Origin: Oopsacas minuta
Taxonomy: Eukaryota > Animalia > Porifera
Direction of reading: 5' to 3'
NCBI GenBank assembly: GCA_024704765.1
Contig: JAKMXF010000365.1
Location: 806,001 to 870,000, forward strand
DNA: 64,000 nt
Part shown: positions 22,001-34,145 of the stretch, one piece after another
How the letters are laid out: each line of letters starts with the position of its first letter
How positions within the stretch are numbered: the first letter of the stretch is position 1
The notes under the pieces: generated by a model
What the model was told of the DNA's origin: nothing
What the model saw: only the letters and a program-made list of their open reading frames with translations
Databases searched by the model: none
Translations under genes and position numbers: made by a program

Positions 22001-25000
22001 TGTTCAGATTCTCAAACTCTGGTGTTGCTTTGCCACATCCTATTATCACCGCACCGGCGCACTCGAGTTGACGCATTTTATCAGGTTTGGAAATAATTGG
22101 CCGCGTTTGGTCAGAATGGCCATATAAATTCAACTTGACCAAAATGACGTAAATATCTCTGTTGCATGATTTAATACATAATACTTGTATGTATGGTAAA
22201 CTCCCCGTTATAGCGAAGAGTTCTTTATCCCCTATAGGTTGAAAGTAATTGGTTTACTCCGCTTACAATGAAATGAAACGAGGCTCCCGAGCACTTCGTT
22301 ATAACGAGAATTCAACGTAAGAACTTTGGGATTATTCTTACGCTTAATATATTTCTAGCCCAAATACAGCACCTTTCATCTACTTAGATGAGTTTATTGA
22401 AGATGCTAATATAACTACAGAAATACAAGCATTGTGTAATGGCAATCAAATCTGTCTCTTTGACGCTGTCGTGACTAATGACACTTCTGTTGCCATGGGA
22501 ACCATATTCATATCTGAAGAATCTGAGGAGACAGTGAGAGTAGGTAACAACATCCCTCCTCTCATTCAGACACCTCTCCTACTGTTCCTATCTCTGGACA
22601 ACCTGACCACTTTTGAATTTAACGTGACTGATGAAGACGAATTCTCAGTTAACTACGCTCTCTCTCCTCAGTCTGTGTTTACTGATATTCTGCTACACAA
22701 CCTGACACAGTCTGTGTTTGAGTTACAGCTGAGATTGATTCATATACCTGACTCTATGAATATGACAATAATTGCAAATGATTCTATCGGAGTGAGTCTA
22801 GTTAGTGTGTATGTGGTTGTGTGCCATTGTGAGAATGGAGGTTACTGTTCAGATAATCCATCTGGTACAGATAGTGTAGGAGACAGCGGTTATATCAGAT
22901 CATCTTGTCAGTGTCCTCTAGGCTATGAGGGTGTGTATTGTTCTGATATTATTCTAGATCCATGTTTGCAATCAGTTTGTGAAGTTGAAACTTGTCCAGC
23001 TGGTACTGAGAAGAATGACAATTCGTTGAGATGTGAAGGTGAGTGTTTGAATAACATTTACAAATCCATTACATTATGTGTAAATAATGTAATTACGACT
23101 GTAGATTTTGATGAATGTGAGACAGAGTGTTTGGAATCAACCAGGATATGTCAGAACACTTATGGCAGTTATATATGTACTTGTGCCCTTGGATACGAAG
23201 AAGCAGGAGAGGAATGTATTGATGTAAATGAATGTAGCTTTATATTATCTCCTTGTCAACAGCAATGCAATAATATTATTGGTAAGTCAATACTAATGAT
23301 AATTATCTCAAAAGTGTTATAAGGAGATACCTTAAGGTCGGAATTAAGTACGTATCGTATTTTCACACTTTGGTTATATCTCACAATGATCCTAGAGATG
23401 AGGTTTCAACTGCTAATTAGGGGCAATGGTTTCCTGTGGAGTTTTTGCCCCGAACTATAACTGTGCTACATTTCTGTCGATTTTTTAAGATATTTGTATT
23501 TTTCAGCTACTTGTACAACTTATTCTATACTTTCCTATAGGCTCATTCGTGTGTGATTGTGATACAGGGTATGCACTACAACCAGATGGTTCAACATGTA
23601 AAGCAGTTTCCAATACATTCCTTTGTCCAGCTGGTTACTCGTGTCAGGATAACGAGTGTACTTCATTAGCAGATAATTTAGTGTGTAGTTACTGTGAGAG
23701 CGGTACCCAGCTGAGCAGTGAAGGGACATACTGTGTAGATTTAGATGAATGTACTCTACAGGCTGGTATATGTCCTTATCCTAGTTCTACTTGTGTAAAC
23801 GCACAGCCCTTGTATTTTTGTCAATGCAACCAGGGATACGATGCAGATTCACAGGTAGTCGAATATTGGATGGTGGAATATTTGCTCGCCCATTTTTTTA
23901 GAAACAAATAATTACTCACTTTCAAATTTTTTTCTTAATTACAGTGGAACCACGTTAATTCCCAGATATGACGGACAAATATTTACACAAAATCAGGATC
24001 CTACAATGGTTATTCAAATGGTATATCCCGGATAAAGCGAAAGCATTTTGACCGTCCGTTTCTGTTCGAATTAACAAAGTTCCATTATATTTCTTAAATT
24101 CATTTTCTTGTGCTTATTTATCTGTAGGGCGTGTGTGTGGATATTAATGAGTGTATCAGCGCTTCTCCAGTTTGTGGAGAGTTGGAGCTGTGTATTAATA
24201 ATCCAGGATCTTACATGTGTGTTTCAAACTGTTATCGCAATGGTATGGTTGTTATGAATGGAGATATTTGTAAAGGTGAGTATTTATTCTCGTTGTTCTT
24301 GTATATAAGACCTATTCCAAGTATTAGGACTGAAATATATCCAAACAAACAATAATCTTGTAGCGATAAATTTGGAGTGACACTGCTGAAGCAATTTTCT
24401 TATTCTGGCCTATGATAAAGTAGCAAGGGTTATGGGAAGATCTGGAATAGGTCCTGTTAATGTTACATTGTCAGCGTTCCCATCCATATTTGAATGGTTA
24501 GCTATAAATTCTTTCCTGAAAAAATATCCTAATTATGCTTATAATTAAATATCCTTTAATTCGTTTTCCCAAAATTGGATTTTTATTTTTTATCACATGT
24601 AGTCATGTACAATAAAAAACTGTTATTTAAGTGTGGGATAATTTTCTTTCTATGGTTGTTACTGATAAATGGATTCTGCTATATAAAATATTTATTAAGT
24701 ATTTTTACTATTTAATATTATCCAAGAATCACTATATATTGCCCCACATAAAGATAGGAGTAATTTATCTAATCGATTGCTGATTTCAAGGCACGCGTAT
24801 CCACCACATGGTTATTTAGTGGTTCATAAGATATCCAAAATATTTACGAATTTATAGATATTACTCCAATCGATAATACTACTACTCCCAGAGTACCTGT
24901 AAATGAAGAAGTAATCGCTATTACTTTTAACCTATCACTATCAGCACTGACATCTATACTCAAAGATAATAACAGCTCACTAACTGACATGTACTCTGCT

Positions 25001-26855
25001 CTAGCGGCCTTACTGGAAACTCCGCTTATGAAAATAGATATAGTAGAAACTGTAGGTTCTGAAGGTATGCTAGTACTTCTTCTGATGTCTACTAACTTTC
25101 AAGTGGAACCTCGCTTCACAGTTGGATTGCTACAGAGTTCTATGAATCAGCATTGGAAGCCTTTCTATGTATTCGTTACTAATGTTACTATTAGTGAGGG
25201 TAAGTGTACAGTAATTCAGTTGAATACATTTAATATCGATAATTAAGGACTGCACATTTTTGGTGCATGAACAAAACATATTCCTCCGCAGCTATCGAAT
25301 ATCCTGATTCCGAAAATATATTAAGACCTGATGGAGAGAACACGAATACGAAATTTCAAGCCTATTTGTATTGACTGTTGCTACTTATACTTGTATTTAT
25401 CAATCTTTAGTTAACATCACATTAAGAGGGAACTTTAACGTGAAGTCTATCCTCATTATAGGGATATGTACCAGTATATCTCTAACTTTATTACTGTTAT
25501 GTCTTGCTTCTTTATGGATACTCTACAATACCATGGGTATAAGACAAACAACACATTCAGCTCCAGAACCTTCTGTTACCAGACCTAAATTGTGAGTTTT
25601 GTTATATATATTTAATTTATAATATATCAAACATATTATTGTTTAAGGAGTGTACTGCATGGAACTAGAGCTGTAATACAAGCTGGCTTACGAACCTCCT
25701 CACCAGATAGTTTGTCAAATATGGTTATACAGTCTAACAATATAACTTTATCTAAACTGTCCTCTTACACATGTCCAAACATGGAATATGAGAGTAATTC
25801 TGAATTTGATTTGCTATCAAATACTCTACACACATGTAAGTAGTAATAGAGTTAATGTATCATTTATTGTTCGAATATGTATATACGTAATCTTATTTGT
25901 AGTTGAAGATATTCCTCCTGCTTGTGAGCTGAAAAATCGTTTCACGAATATCTTACCTCCTCCCCACTCCAGGGTACCTCTCTTCCTCAAGTATGGACTT
26001 CCTAACTCTGACTACATTAACGCTAACTTTATTCGGGGCTACAACAAAGTACCTAGAGTGTATATCGCTACACAGGCACCTATGTTCTCTACAGAGCAGG
26101 ACTTCTGGAGAATGGTGTGGTGAGTGTGTGTATGGGAATTTCCCTATTAATTGAAACTACTGTATAATGCCGTATACGATAATTGGAGGTATTGCTATAT
26201 TATATTTAATGCATTGTTAATAGGGAGCAAAATGTAGGAACAATCATAATGTTAACAGAGATCATTGAACAGGGAAGAGAGCAGTGTTTTCCATACTGGC
26301 CTGATTACGACACTATTAATTCATTGGTGTCTGGAGAAATAGTGATATTAGCTAGAAGTAAATTGGTGAAGGAGGATTATCAGATCTGTACTTTTATACT
26401 TAGACATAGAGGGGTAAGCTAATGTGAAAATAATGTGTAATAATTCTATTATTTTTATTTATAACCTAAATTCTAAATTGCTACTAATTTAGATCGATGA
26501 AGTTCACGAGGTGTCTCACTACTGGTACAGGAAGTGGCCTGAATACGGGGTCCCTGACAATCCCAACTCACTCGTTACCTTGTTACTAGAGACACGTACA
26601 GAGCCTCGTACCAGTAGTCACCCTGTGTTGGTACACTGTGCATCTGGTACCGGTAGGACAGGCGTGGTGCTGGCAGTGGACATTGGAATGCATGAATTGG
26701 AGGAGAAACGATCTGTAGATATTCTCCGTAATGTGAGTCTACTGAGACAAGACAGAGGGGGACTAATACAGACACGAGAACAGTATCACTTTCTTTACAA
26801 AACTATCTGTGCATATGCTAGATATCTCAATAAGCGAGGAGAGGAAATGAATTAA
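16089..26855 (+). CDS. Receptor-type protein tyrosine phosphatase, paralog 1: SP-Ig x3-FN3-NIDO-AMOP-VWD-cadherin-like-EGF/cbEGF xn-juxtamembrane domain-TM-single PTP domain (~18 exons)
   Basis: Phase-compatible GT-AG exons traced by hand (e.g. 16089-16923, 17086-17477, 17635-17929, 19610-20053, 20110-20383, 20454-20782, 21293-21558, 21674-21960, 22359-23038, 23105-23281, 23541-23854, 24128-24275, 24858-25199, TM exon from 25411, PTP exons to 26855). Motifs: [60 protein letters not shown], cb[67 protein letters not shown]. Confidence 0.88.
18070..19368 (-). pseudogene. Intronless EF-hand protein gene (EFCAB3/SPATA21-like) with frameshifts, nested antisense in RPTP1 intron 17930-19609
   Basis: Frame continuous with ORF 18374-18832 encodes [57 protein letters not shown] (two EF-hands), then [18 protein letters not shown]. 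It is out of frame with upstream ORF 19018-19368 (break near 19033) and with downstream fragments (breaks near 18395 and 18310). Confidence 0.7.
21788..21938 (+). repeat. 151-bp segment nearly identical (149/151) to the reverse complement of 54672-54822
   Basis: Direct base-by-base comparison; both copies encode the C-terminal part of the VWD domain in the two RPTP paralogs. Confidence 0.95.
22194..22317. mobile_element. Degenerate pogo-type MITE, same family as 42567-42697 (partial copy also at ~32391-32459)
   Basis: Shares ctccgctt..aatgaaa..gagg..ccagcacttcgttataacgag with the other copies; degenerate TIRs and TA flanks. Confidence 0.6.
23942..24087. mobile_element. Degenerate CAGT-type MITE in an RPTP1 intron
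   Basis: TA-cagtggaaccacgttaatt at the left end; aattaacaaagttccatta at the right end. Confidence 0.5.
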
Positions 26856-26984
26856 ATTTTATATTTTTAACAATTTTATTTATCAGATTGGTATAATACT
26901 TAGTTTTATTTGTTTATTATACTAAATTATAATCAAAATTTACAAATACATATAATAAGAATGAAAATTCAAATACCTTATAGA

Positions 26985-27138
26985 TATAGCTCAGCTATAC
27001 TATAGTACAGTTTTTGTGTATTAGCTTTTCTGTCTTCGAGGAAAGATCATTTTTTCGGATTAATAAAAGTCACCTTTTCGAATGAGGGTATGGGCTTTTG
27101 TATTGCAAAAAACTGTACTATACAATAGCTCAGCTATA
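26985..27138. mobile_element. Small inverted-repeat element (MITE-like) with palindromic termini
   Basis: Perfect 15-bp inverted repeat tatagtacagttttt / aaaaactgtactata, each flanked externally by the near-palindrome (t)atagctcagctata. Confidence 0.6.
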
Positions 27139-27611
27139 TATAGTGAACCTCATGAAAATTATATAGAAATATGTGTGTGGAGAGGTTTAGATGAGAATAG
27201 CTCATACAAGCATTGCTTTAAACGAAGGTGCATTGTGCATGTTTCAGATTAAACTTATCCTTGACTATATAATAATCTATATTATTAAATCTCGATTGTT
27301 GTTTGTTTGTTTGTTCGTCCGTCATCACTCAGTCCCAACATTATGATATATTTCACTGGACGATTAGTTATCTGCTGGTATATCGAGTTTAGATAATATA
27401 ATCATTCAAACTGCACTGTTTTTATCTAATTGATTGCTAGAGCATCACACAAACATATAATAACATCTTTCCAAGATCAATAAAAATATGTTAGCAAAAT
27501 GATTATATATATACGTGTCGGTGTGTGTGTGTGTTTTCTGCTCTTGGATTCTAAAGTATTGTGTTATGTTAGTAGTGTTAGCTCATGTGTAAAAAGCTAG
27601 AGAATATTTCA

Positions 27612-30211
27612 CTAGCAACTCAATATCTTGAAAATTCTATTTTTCGTTCTAGTGGAGTCAGTGGAATCTGCTTCACTCTGACATCCTCGACACGTGTCCA
27701 TTGCTTCATCATAGATTTCTACTTGTAGCGTACATTGATCTATGTCGTATTTTATTTTAGCTAGCTGGCATGCTTTCTTAAGAATTTCTTGAGAGTCGTA
27801 TTGTGGCTCTAAAATAGCATGTGTCATTAATGAAAGTAATAAATTAATGTCTATCTATTAGCTTACTTATGACAATGTGTCCTGCTAATGCGGTTCTTGT
27901 TGAGCTAATTGACCAGATGTTGAGAGTGTGTGCTTGTTCAACACCTTCTATTGCAGTCAGATTTTTCTTAACAGCTAAGTAATTGATGTTTTTTGGTGTA
28001 CCTAATCAGTAAAGAAGTTTTCTCAATTTGAGTATCTCATTAGTCATTCCTAACCCCTTTTACAAATTTATCGGGTTTTATTGCCGAATCCCCGTATTTT
28101 TTAATATTTTCCCAGGATAAGAAGTGAAATTCCCGGAGGGTTGGTGAATATGGTACACGTATGCCTTTTGTATTGTTAGAATGTCTTATAATCCGAATTT
28201 ACACTATACTTGTACAGAGGAATAGCCTTACCTTCCATCAAAACGTGTAATGCATCCTTCATAATATTTAGTGTGGTGAATAGAACAAGTATTGAGAATA
28301 TGAATGTGCAGATTGGGTCAACTATTTTCCATTCAGGCTAAATATAATAAGAATTATTCAATACTTTCATAAATAGAATTTATGAGTGACAAATATGTAA
28401 TTTACGTTCTTAACTACGTGAGGTTGTTATTCGCATCTGTTACAATTGTCATAATATTGTAAGGGACTATGTGTACGTATATTATTACATAGATAACATC
28501 AATAGATATATATTTATAGCTTTAATTACTTAACCTGTATTCTTATGATAAAGTCACGTTACTTAGCGTGCTGTAAATTAATTAAAATATATTTTCCAGA
28601 ATATTCGAATTCCTAAGAGCCTAGATAGTTTGGTATTATAAGATAATTACCGGGCATTTACCTTGAATCGTATGATATAAGCCGCGATAATGACCCCAAT
28701 GCTCTGTACAATATCTCCTATACAATGTATTAGTGCTGCTCGTAAGTTAATGTTTTCATTGTGATCGTGTGAGTGTGAGTGTTTGAGTTTAGATTTTGTC
28801 CATTTCATAGCTTGCTTTATTTTTAATTTCTTTCCTTTCTGCACCTGTACTTCTGTCAAATTTTCTGTATCACAATTGATGCCATTTTCAATGTTATGAT
28901 CGTGTTCATGGTCCTGTTCGTTTATATGTTCATGCTCATGGGCGTGTCCAAGCTCCTCTTCGTCGTGTGTGTGGTGCTTGTGTAGTCCCTCCATATGATG
29001 TACATGTGTTTGTAAAATAAGCGCCATGCTATGAACACAAAATAATTATATTTATATGTTTCTTAATTAAATATGGAAATTTATTACTTACAAAACATTC
29101 ACATAAAGTCCTACTGTTGATATGATAAGCATGATATCCGCCTCTATCTCAAAATCCTGGTGGATAACCCTTTGTATTCCTTCGTATACCAATATTCCAG
29201 TTACTAGCCAAATTATTAGCACTGAGATTACAGCACCCATCACCTCTGCAAGAAAATAGATTATTAAGCAATCTAACTTTTATAAATTGTATAACCTACC
29301 TGCCCTATGGAATCCAAATGACATTGACTTAGTAGCTCTCTTACGAGATATCCAAAGGGAGAGCAGACTTACTAAGATGCCCGAGAAATCTGATAACATG
29401 TGTGCTGCATCAGACAGCACTGCAAGACTGGAGGAGAGGTAACCACCTGTATAATATTACTGATAATTATTGTTATTGTTATTGTTATTGTGCAGTTAAT
29501 ATTAATTAAAAGTTCGTTTGTCTGCAAATTAATAATTACATGTGTTTATTTTAAAGTACACGTGACATACCTACTGCTTCTGCAATCGCAAAAGATAGAG
29601 CCAAAAGTGCTGCTATTACTAGCTTTGTTTGAGCTTCTTTATTTTTGTAGTTTTTTCCTTTCTTTTCTGGAACATGACACTCACAATGCTGCAAGCTATC
29701 AGCACGTCGTCTAGAAATGAAATATTTGATAACTACAAAGCCTTACACTCTCTATTTTTAAATATACATACATATATACATTAGTATTTTATAGCAAACG
29801 GTATCTTTAGAACCGAATACAACATTTTGTAGACCAAGAAAACGCATATAAACAGTTTGGGGATTGTTTTAACTATGTCCGGGAAAAAACCTGATTCAAC
29901 ACTATACAAATAGACAGTCTACGTAAGATTATTCTTACAGAAAAGATCTTACCTTTTTACATAGCTCAGTATTTTACCCATTTAAATGACAAATATTAAT
30001 ACGTATCTTGGTATATATTATTTATCTATGTGCATATAGTATCATTCATGATTTATACTATTTTTGTCCGAATTAATTGGTTGTTTTTCAAATAATGTAA
30101 TATAATATTATCAGAATATTAACATTACCGTGCTGTCCGTAAGGGAGAATATTTTTGTATATGGGTTGACTCCTCGTTCAATAGAGGGGAAATTTCTCTA
30201 ACTTCTGCCAT
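27612..30211 (-). CDS. SLC30A2: Cation diffusion facilitator zinc transporter, ZnT2/3/8 (SLC30A) type, 7 exons
   Basis: Hand-joined exons: [11 protein letters not shown]..(ATG 30211), [44 protein letters not shown], His-rich loop with [60 protein letters not shown], and the last exon to 27612. The subfamily is clear; the exact vertebrate ortholog is not. Confidence 0.9.
29806..29935 (+). repeat. Dispersed ~130-bp repeat, second copy at ~56089-56235
   Basis: Both copies contain agaacc.aatacaacattttgtagacc.agaaaac..atat.aacagtttggggattgtttt(t)aactatgtccgggaaa; short gtagac/gtctac inverted ends. Confidence 0.8.
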
Positions 30212-33200
30212 TCAACTATATAACTCTGCTAATGTATCGAATCAATTCCAGATTGAATGTTTTAATGATATAGATTTACATACACTGTCAGCACAATGAA
30301 ACTAGATAGCTAATACGATTAAATTTCAATTTCTTTGCTCTGGTATTAAATGGCGGTTATATTTAAGCATATAATGAGTGAATATTATTTATGTAAATGG
30401 TAATATCATCGAAATGATCTTTCACTGATTTGCTAACATCCGTGAATTTCAAATCAAATTTAAGAGCTCTATAAACTACCGTATTTCCCTCAATAATCTC
30501 TGGGGGATAGAATAATGCTCCAAGACTTCTGAATAAATTATCGCCACCCCGTAGAATATTTTTTCGTTGAAAATTGACGCCACATTTTGAAAACTAATAA
30601 TAAGGCTCTAACTTTACATAAGTTATCTATCTTCGTGTTTGATGTGTATTAATACACCATTTACACTATTATACCCTTTCATAATTGTGTATGCACATAA
30701 ACCCTATTTAGTTCAATTATTTTCTTTATGAGAGTGAAGTTATATAAATATTACAAACGTTGATAAATATACATCGCATAGGGCTATTGATATTATAAAA
30801 ATTATCATTCAATTCACAATTCATATGCCATGTTGTCACTTTACCATATTTACATATAGTATAAATTTTGTAAATAGATAATGTCTGGCGAGGGCTAATG
30901 AATCTGATGATAACATATAGAATATGGAATAATGTCGGAAAAAGATAACTTCAGGATTTAGAACAAGAAATATGCTAATTTGAATGAATGTTTCGCCAAC
31001 ATTAAAGTATATTATGAATATGATATTACTATTATACAATATTTCCTGTTTAACTGTACCAGAATAGGTTAAATTTGGCTGCTTCTATTCCAGTATTATT
31101 GTCGAATCTTTATATGTGCGATTTTGATATTCACTTAATTCCTAGTCTAAGCTTAACTGTATACCAAATATTTGATGTATAGTTGCAGAAATCCATAGGA
31201 AATTCTGAAATTAACTGAGTGAACATATAACTATAAAGATTTTATCCAAGCGTTCCTTTAGTTGTTTAGAAGTATAGGTTATGGGAACGAAATACTCGTT
31301 GCTCTCTCTTTATATTGTAACATTTCCTAATTTAGGCCTATGGGAATATTATCTGAGGAGTATTAGTATCATATTGCCAGCAACCTGTATTACGTTATAG
31401 AATATGCACAATATGCTACGTCCATGCAATATATAATTGCATATAGTTTATTGTAAATGCTCTACCTCCACCTTATATAATACTATGGCAATTTCATAAT
31501 GGCATTATGCATACTGTCTAGACCATGTTAATAATACTGTAATCAGAACAAGTTAGATGTCACCAATAAGAAAAAATTCATTAGACAAGCAACTGAAGGA
31601 AGAGGAATAAATTGCAAATGGCGGTGATTACCGTTGATGATAAGTTACTGGCAGGTAATGGTAGATATGCATAGTAACTTGTGAGATTGTGTTTGCCACA
31701 CTAAAAACTTTACTACAGCTCATATTGGGAGGTATCTAGAGCCCTCTTCGAGTTGTGATGTCCATCCGTTTGTAGTTCGCGTGATCACATGATCTACTAC
31801 AGTGAGGTTCACTTATTAGAAATTCGTCTAGTAAAATCCGTCTATTAGCAACCATTTTCATAGACACGATAGAGTGCATTTTAGTATGGAAATTGCTCCT
31901 GTAGGAAATTCGCATATTACTTGCAAGGAAATTCGATTTGCAAACTCCAAGATAGTAAATACCTACTGAATTAAAATTGACATATACTTACATTTTGGAT
32001 AATTATTCGTATTTGGGGAGTAGCTTTCAGGATTTGTTTTAACCTAAATTTTAACTAATATTTAATATAGTATCACTTTTCGCGATTACTCAAAAAAATT
32101 TAACACATAATATCCGAGTACGTATACGTCTCATCCGAGTTCTACTGTACTTACAATATTATTATATTTTCGCTTTCGGCTAGATTCGATAATTCAAAAC
32201 TATCCTCGAGATTAGATTCAATGTTTATTCTGGGTTGTTGGGTGGGAACTTATACTGCCTGTTAGTCGTCAGAAATTCTTATTGTTATAATAAAAATTCA
32301 GAACGAATATAAAAATAGTTAATGTCACTACTGCTATGTGGCCATGGTCACACTAGTACTTCAATTGAGAGACGCACAATATCATGGTAGTACAACGAAA
32401 CTCCGCTTTACCTAAATGAAACCGAGGTCCCAGCACTTCGTTATAACGAGAGTTTACTATATTTCAACGAAAATTCAGAAATGTTCTAATCAGACAAAAT
32501 GTGTATGTATGCATGTTGTTGGACATAACAGGAATAACATTTACATAAGAGGGCTTCGTAGTTCGTACCCTCTGGACTTTTCCCTTACAAGTAACACCCC
32601 AGTCATTGCATTTTAATAGGAGAAGTACTAATAATATACGTATAAGACTCACTGTTTTAGCTTGAAGAATCTTGTCAGCTTGTTCTTAAAGAGCACACTC
32701 CAAGGTCTCAAATCTTCTATTGGGCCCTCCATTTGACACAATATGGGCCCTCCATTGATTGTCACAATGGATAGTTCTTGCATTAATGGGGATGAGACAA
32801 GCACATCATCTAAACAATCAAATTCAACACTATTCTCATCAGCCATTCAATATTTTATTATTTTGTGAAGATAGTAATACGAGTATTACAGCTGCTCATA
32901 TTCTTATATTTGATCCGAGAGGAATTGCGCGTTGAATTCAACGAATATCCTGGATCTTTCAAGGATTCCAATTGGCATATAATGAAAAGAACTTACTAAT
33001 GTTCATACCATTTTAGACTGAAGGACCATGTTGCTAACGATTATGTCATTGCCTCTTAGCTTTGTATTATCTGAAAAATTTTTGCTCGGTTTATGTGACA
33101 AATTGATTGAAATATACTTAGACTATTGAGTAGTCCATATATGAATCAGACTATGTGCTAAAGAGAAGCTCAAGAAATTTGAATTTAAATAGAAGTCACA

Positions 33201-34145
33201 ATTTAGTATCAAAGTGGAAGGAATGAATGCAGCTTCTATACAATAGATTGTTAACCATGAGAATTCGGAGACGCAAATATGATTCTGTAGGATATATCTC
33301 ATCTCATAACTACGTTGTTCCGTCATTCGCTTCGAATTAATTACTTAATTAATTCGCTCTTAAATGCTTCATATTAAAATTTCTCTAGGAGACTTCAAAT
33401 TATGTAGGAATTCAGTTAGTTGAGTGAGTGTCTCAGGCTATGTGCTAGCGTTTCTTATGTGTTCGAGTGAGGTTTTACTTGCACGAAAGGTGCAGGACAA
33501 TACGAAATTTTGTGTAGTTTGAATGATCATTTTGTGTTGAACAAATTCTCTGGTAGTAATTCCAATTTCCTTCATCAGAAACATTCTAAGTCAAATTCCT
33601 GCACAATAAATAATAATCCCGTAAATGTAGACAACTGTGGAAGCTATTATATGTGATGAACTATTGGGCTTGTTTGTTTATCAATACGACGGTGTCTCGT
33701 ATTGATAAAACAAACAAACAAATAGACATTATGTTGAAATTTGTAGAAATGTATAACAATACCCACAATATATTAATTGATGAGCTCTTTTTTTGTTACT
33801 AATTACTTCAGCGTATTGAGGCCTAATATCACAATCTAGCAGCTATAGTGTGATCACATTGAATGGCCTCTCGACCTACATGATTTGTAGAGATAGTGAG
33901 GGAGTTCAATTCCTCTCGCTATCTCTACAATTTCTACACTAGTCGGATAATGTATTGCTACCAGTTTTATTCCCTCACTGAAATATATCCATTTCTATTA
34001 TCCATCAAATTGAGTGGTAATTTGATAGAAATACAAATCCGTATATAGCTATATAGAATCGGGAATGATATATTAATTGATATTTGTACAAATTATTTTG
34101 TCACTAACATTATAAACTATGTAATACAAAAATAAAATAGAAATA

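Noticed and set aside
24360-24600. Protein-like minus-strand frame ([28 protein letters not shown]) in an RPTP1 intron
   Set aside because: Short, bounded by stops, no start or splice support and no recognisable family.
27265-27430. tctatattattaaa followed by (gttt)n, reminiscent of a Helitron-like 5' end
   Set aside because: No matching 3' end found nearby; too weak to annotate.
3313-30211. Functional clustering of AP3M1 with its potential cargo ZnT, or of ciliary genes CCDC180 and IFT140
   Set aside because: Separated by unrelated genes; chance neighbourhood cannot be excluded from one window.
30530-30560. Short similarity (aaattatcgccaccc) to the reverse complement of ~63964-63982
   Set aside because: About 15-20 bp only; probably a fragment of a dispersed repeat with no definable element.
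33886-33929. tRNA gene call based on the GTTCAATTC B-box-like loop
   Set aside because: No cloverleaf, D-arm or anticodon arm can be built; kept only as a hairpin finding.
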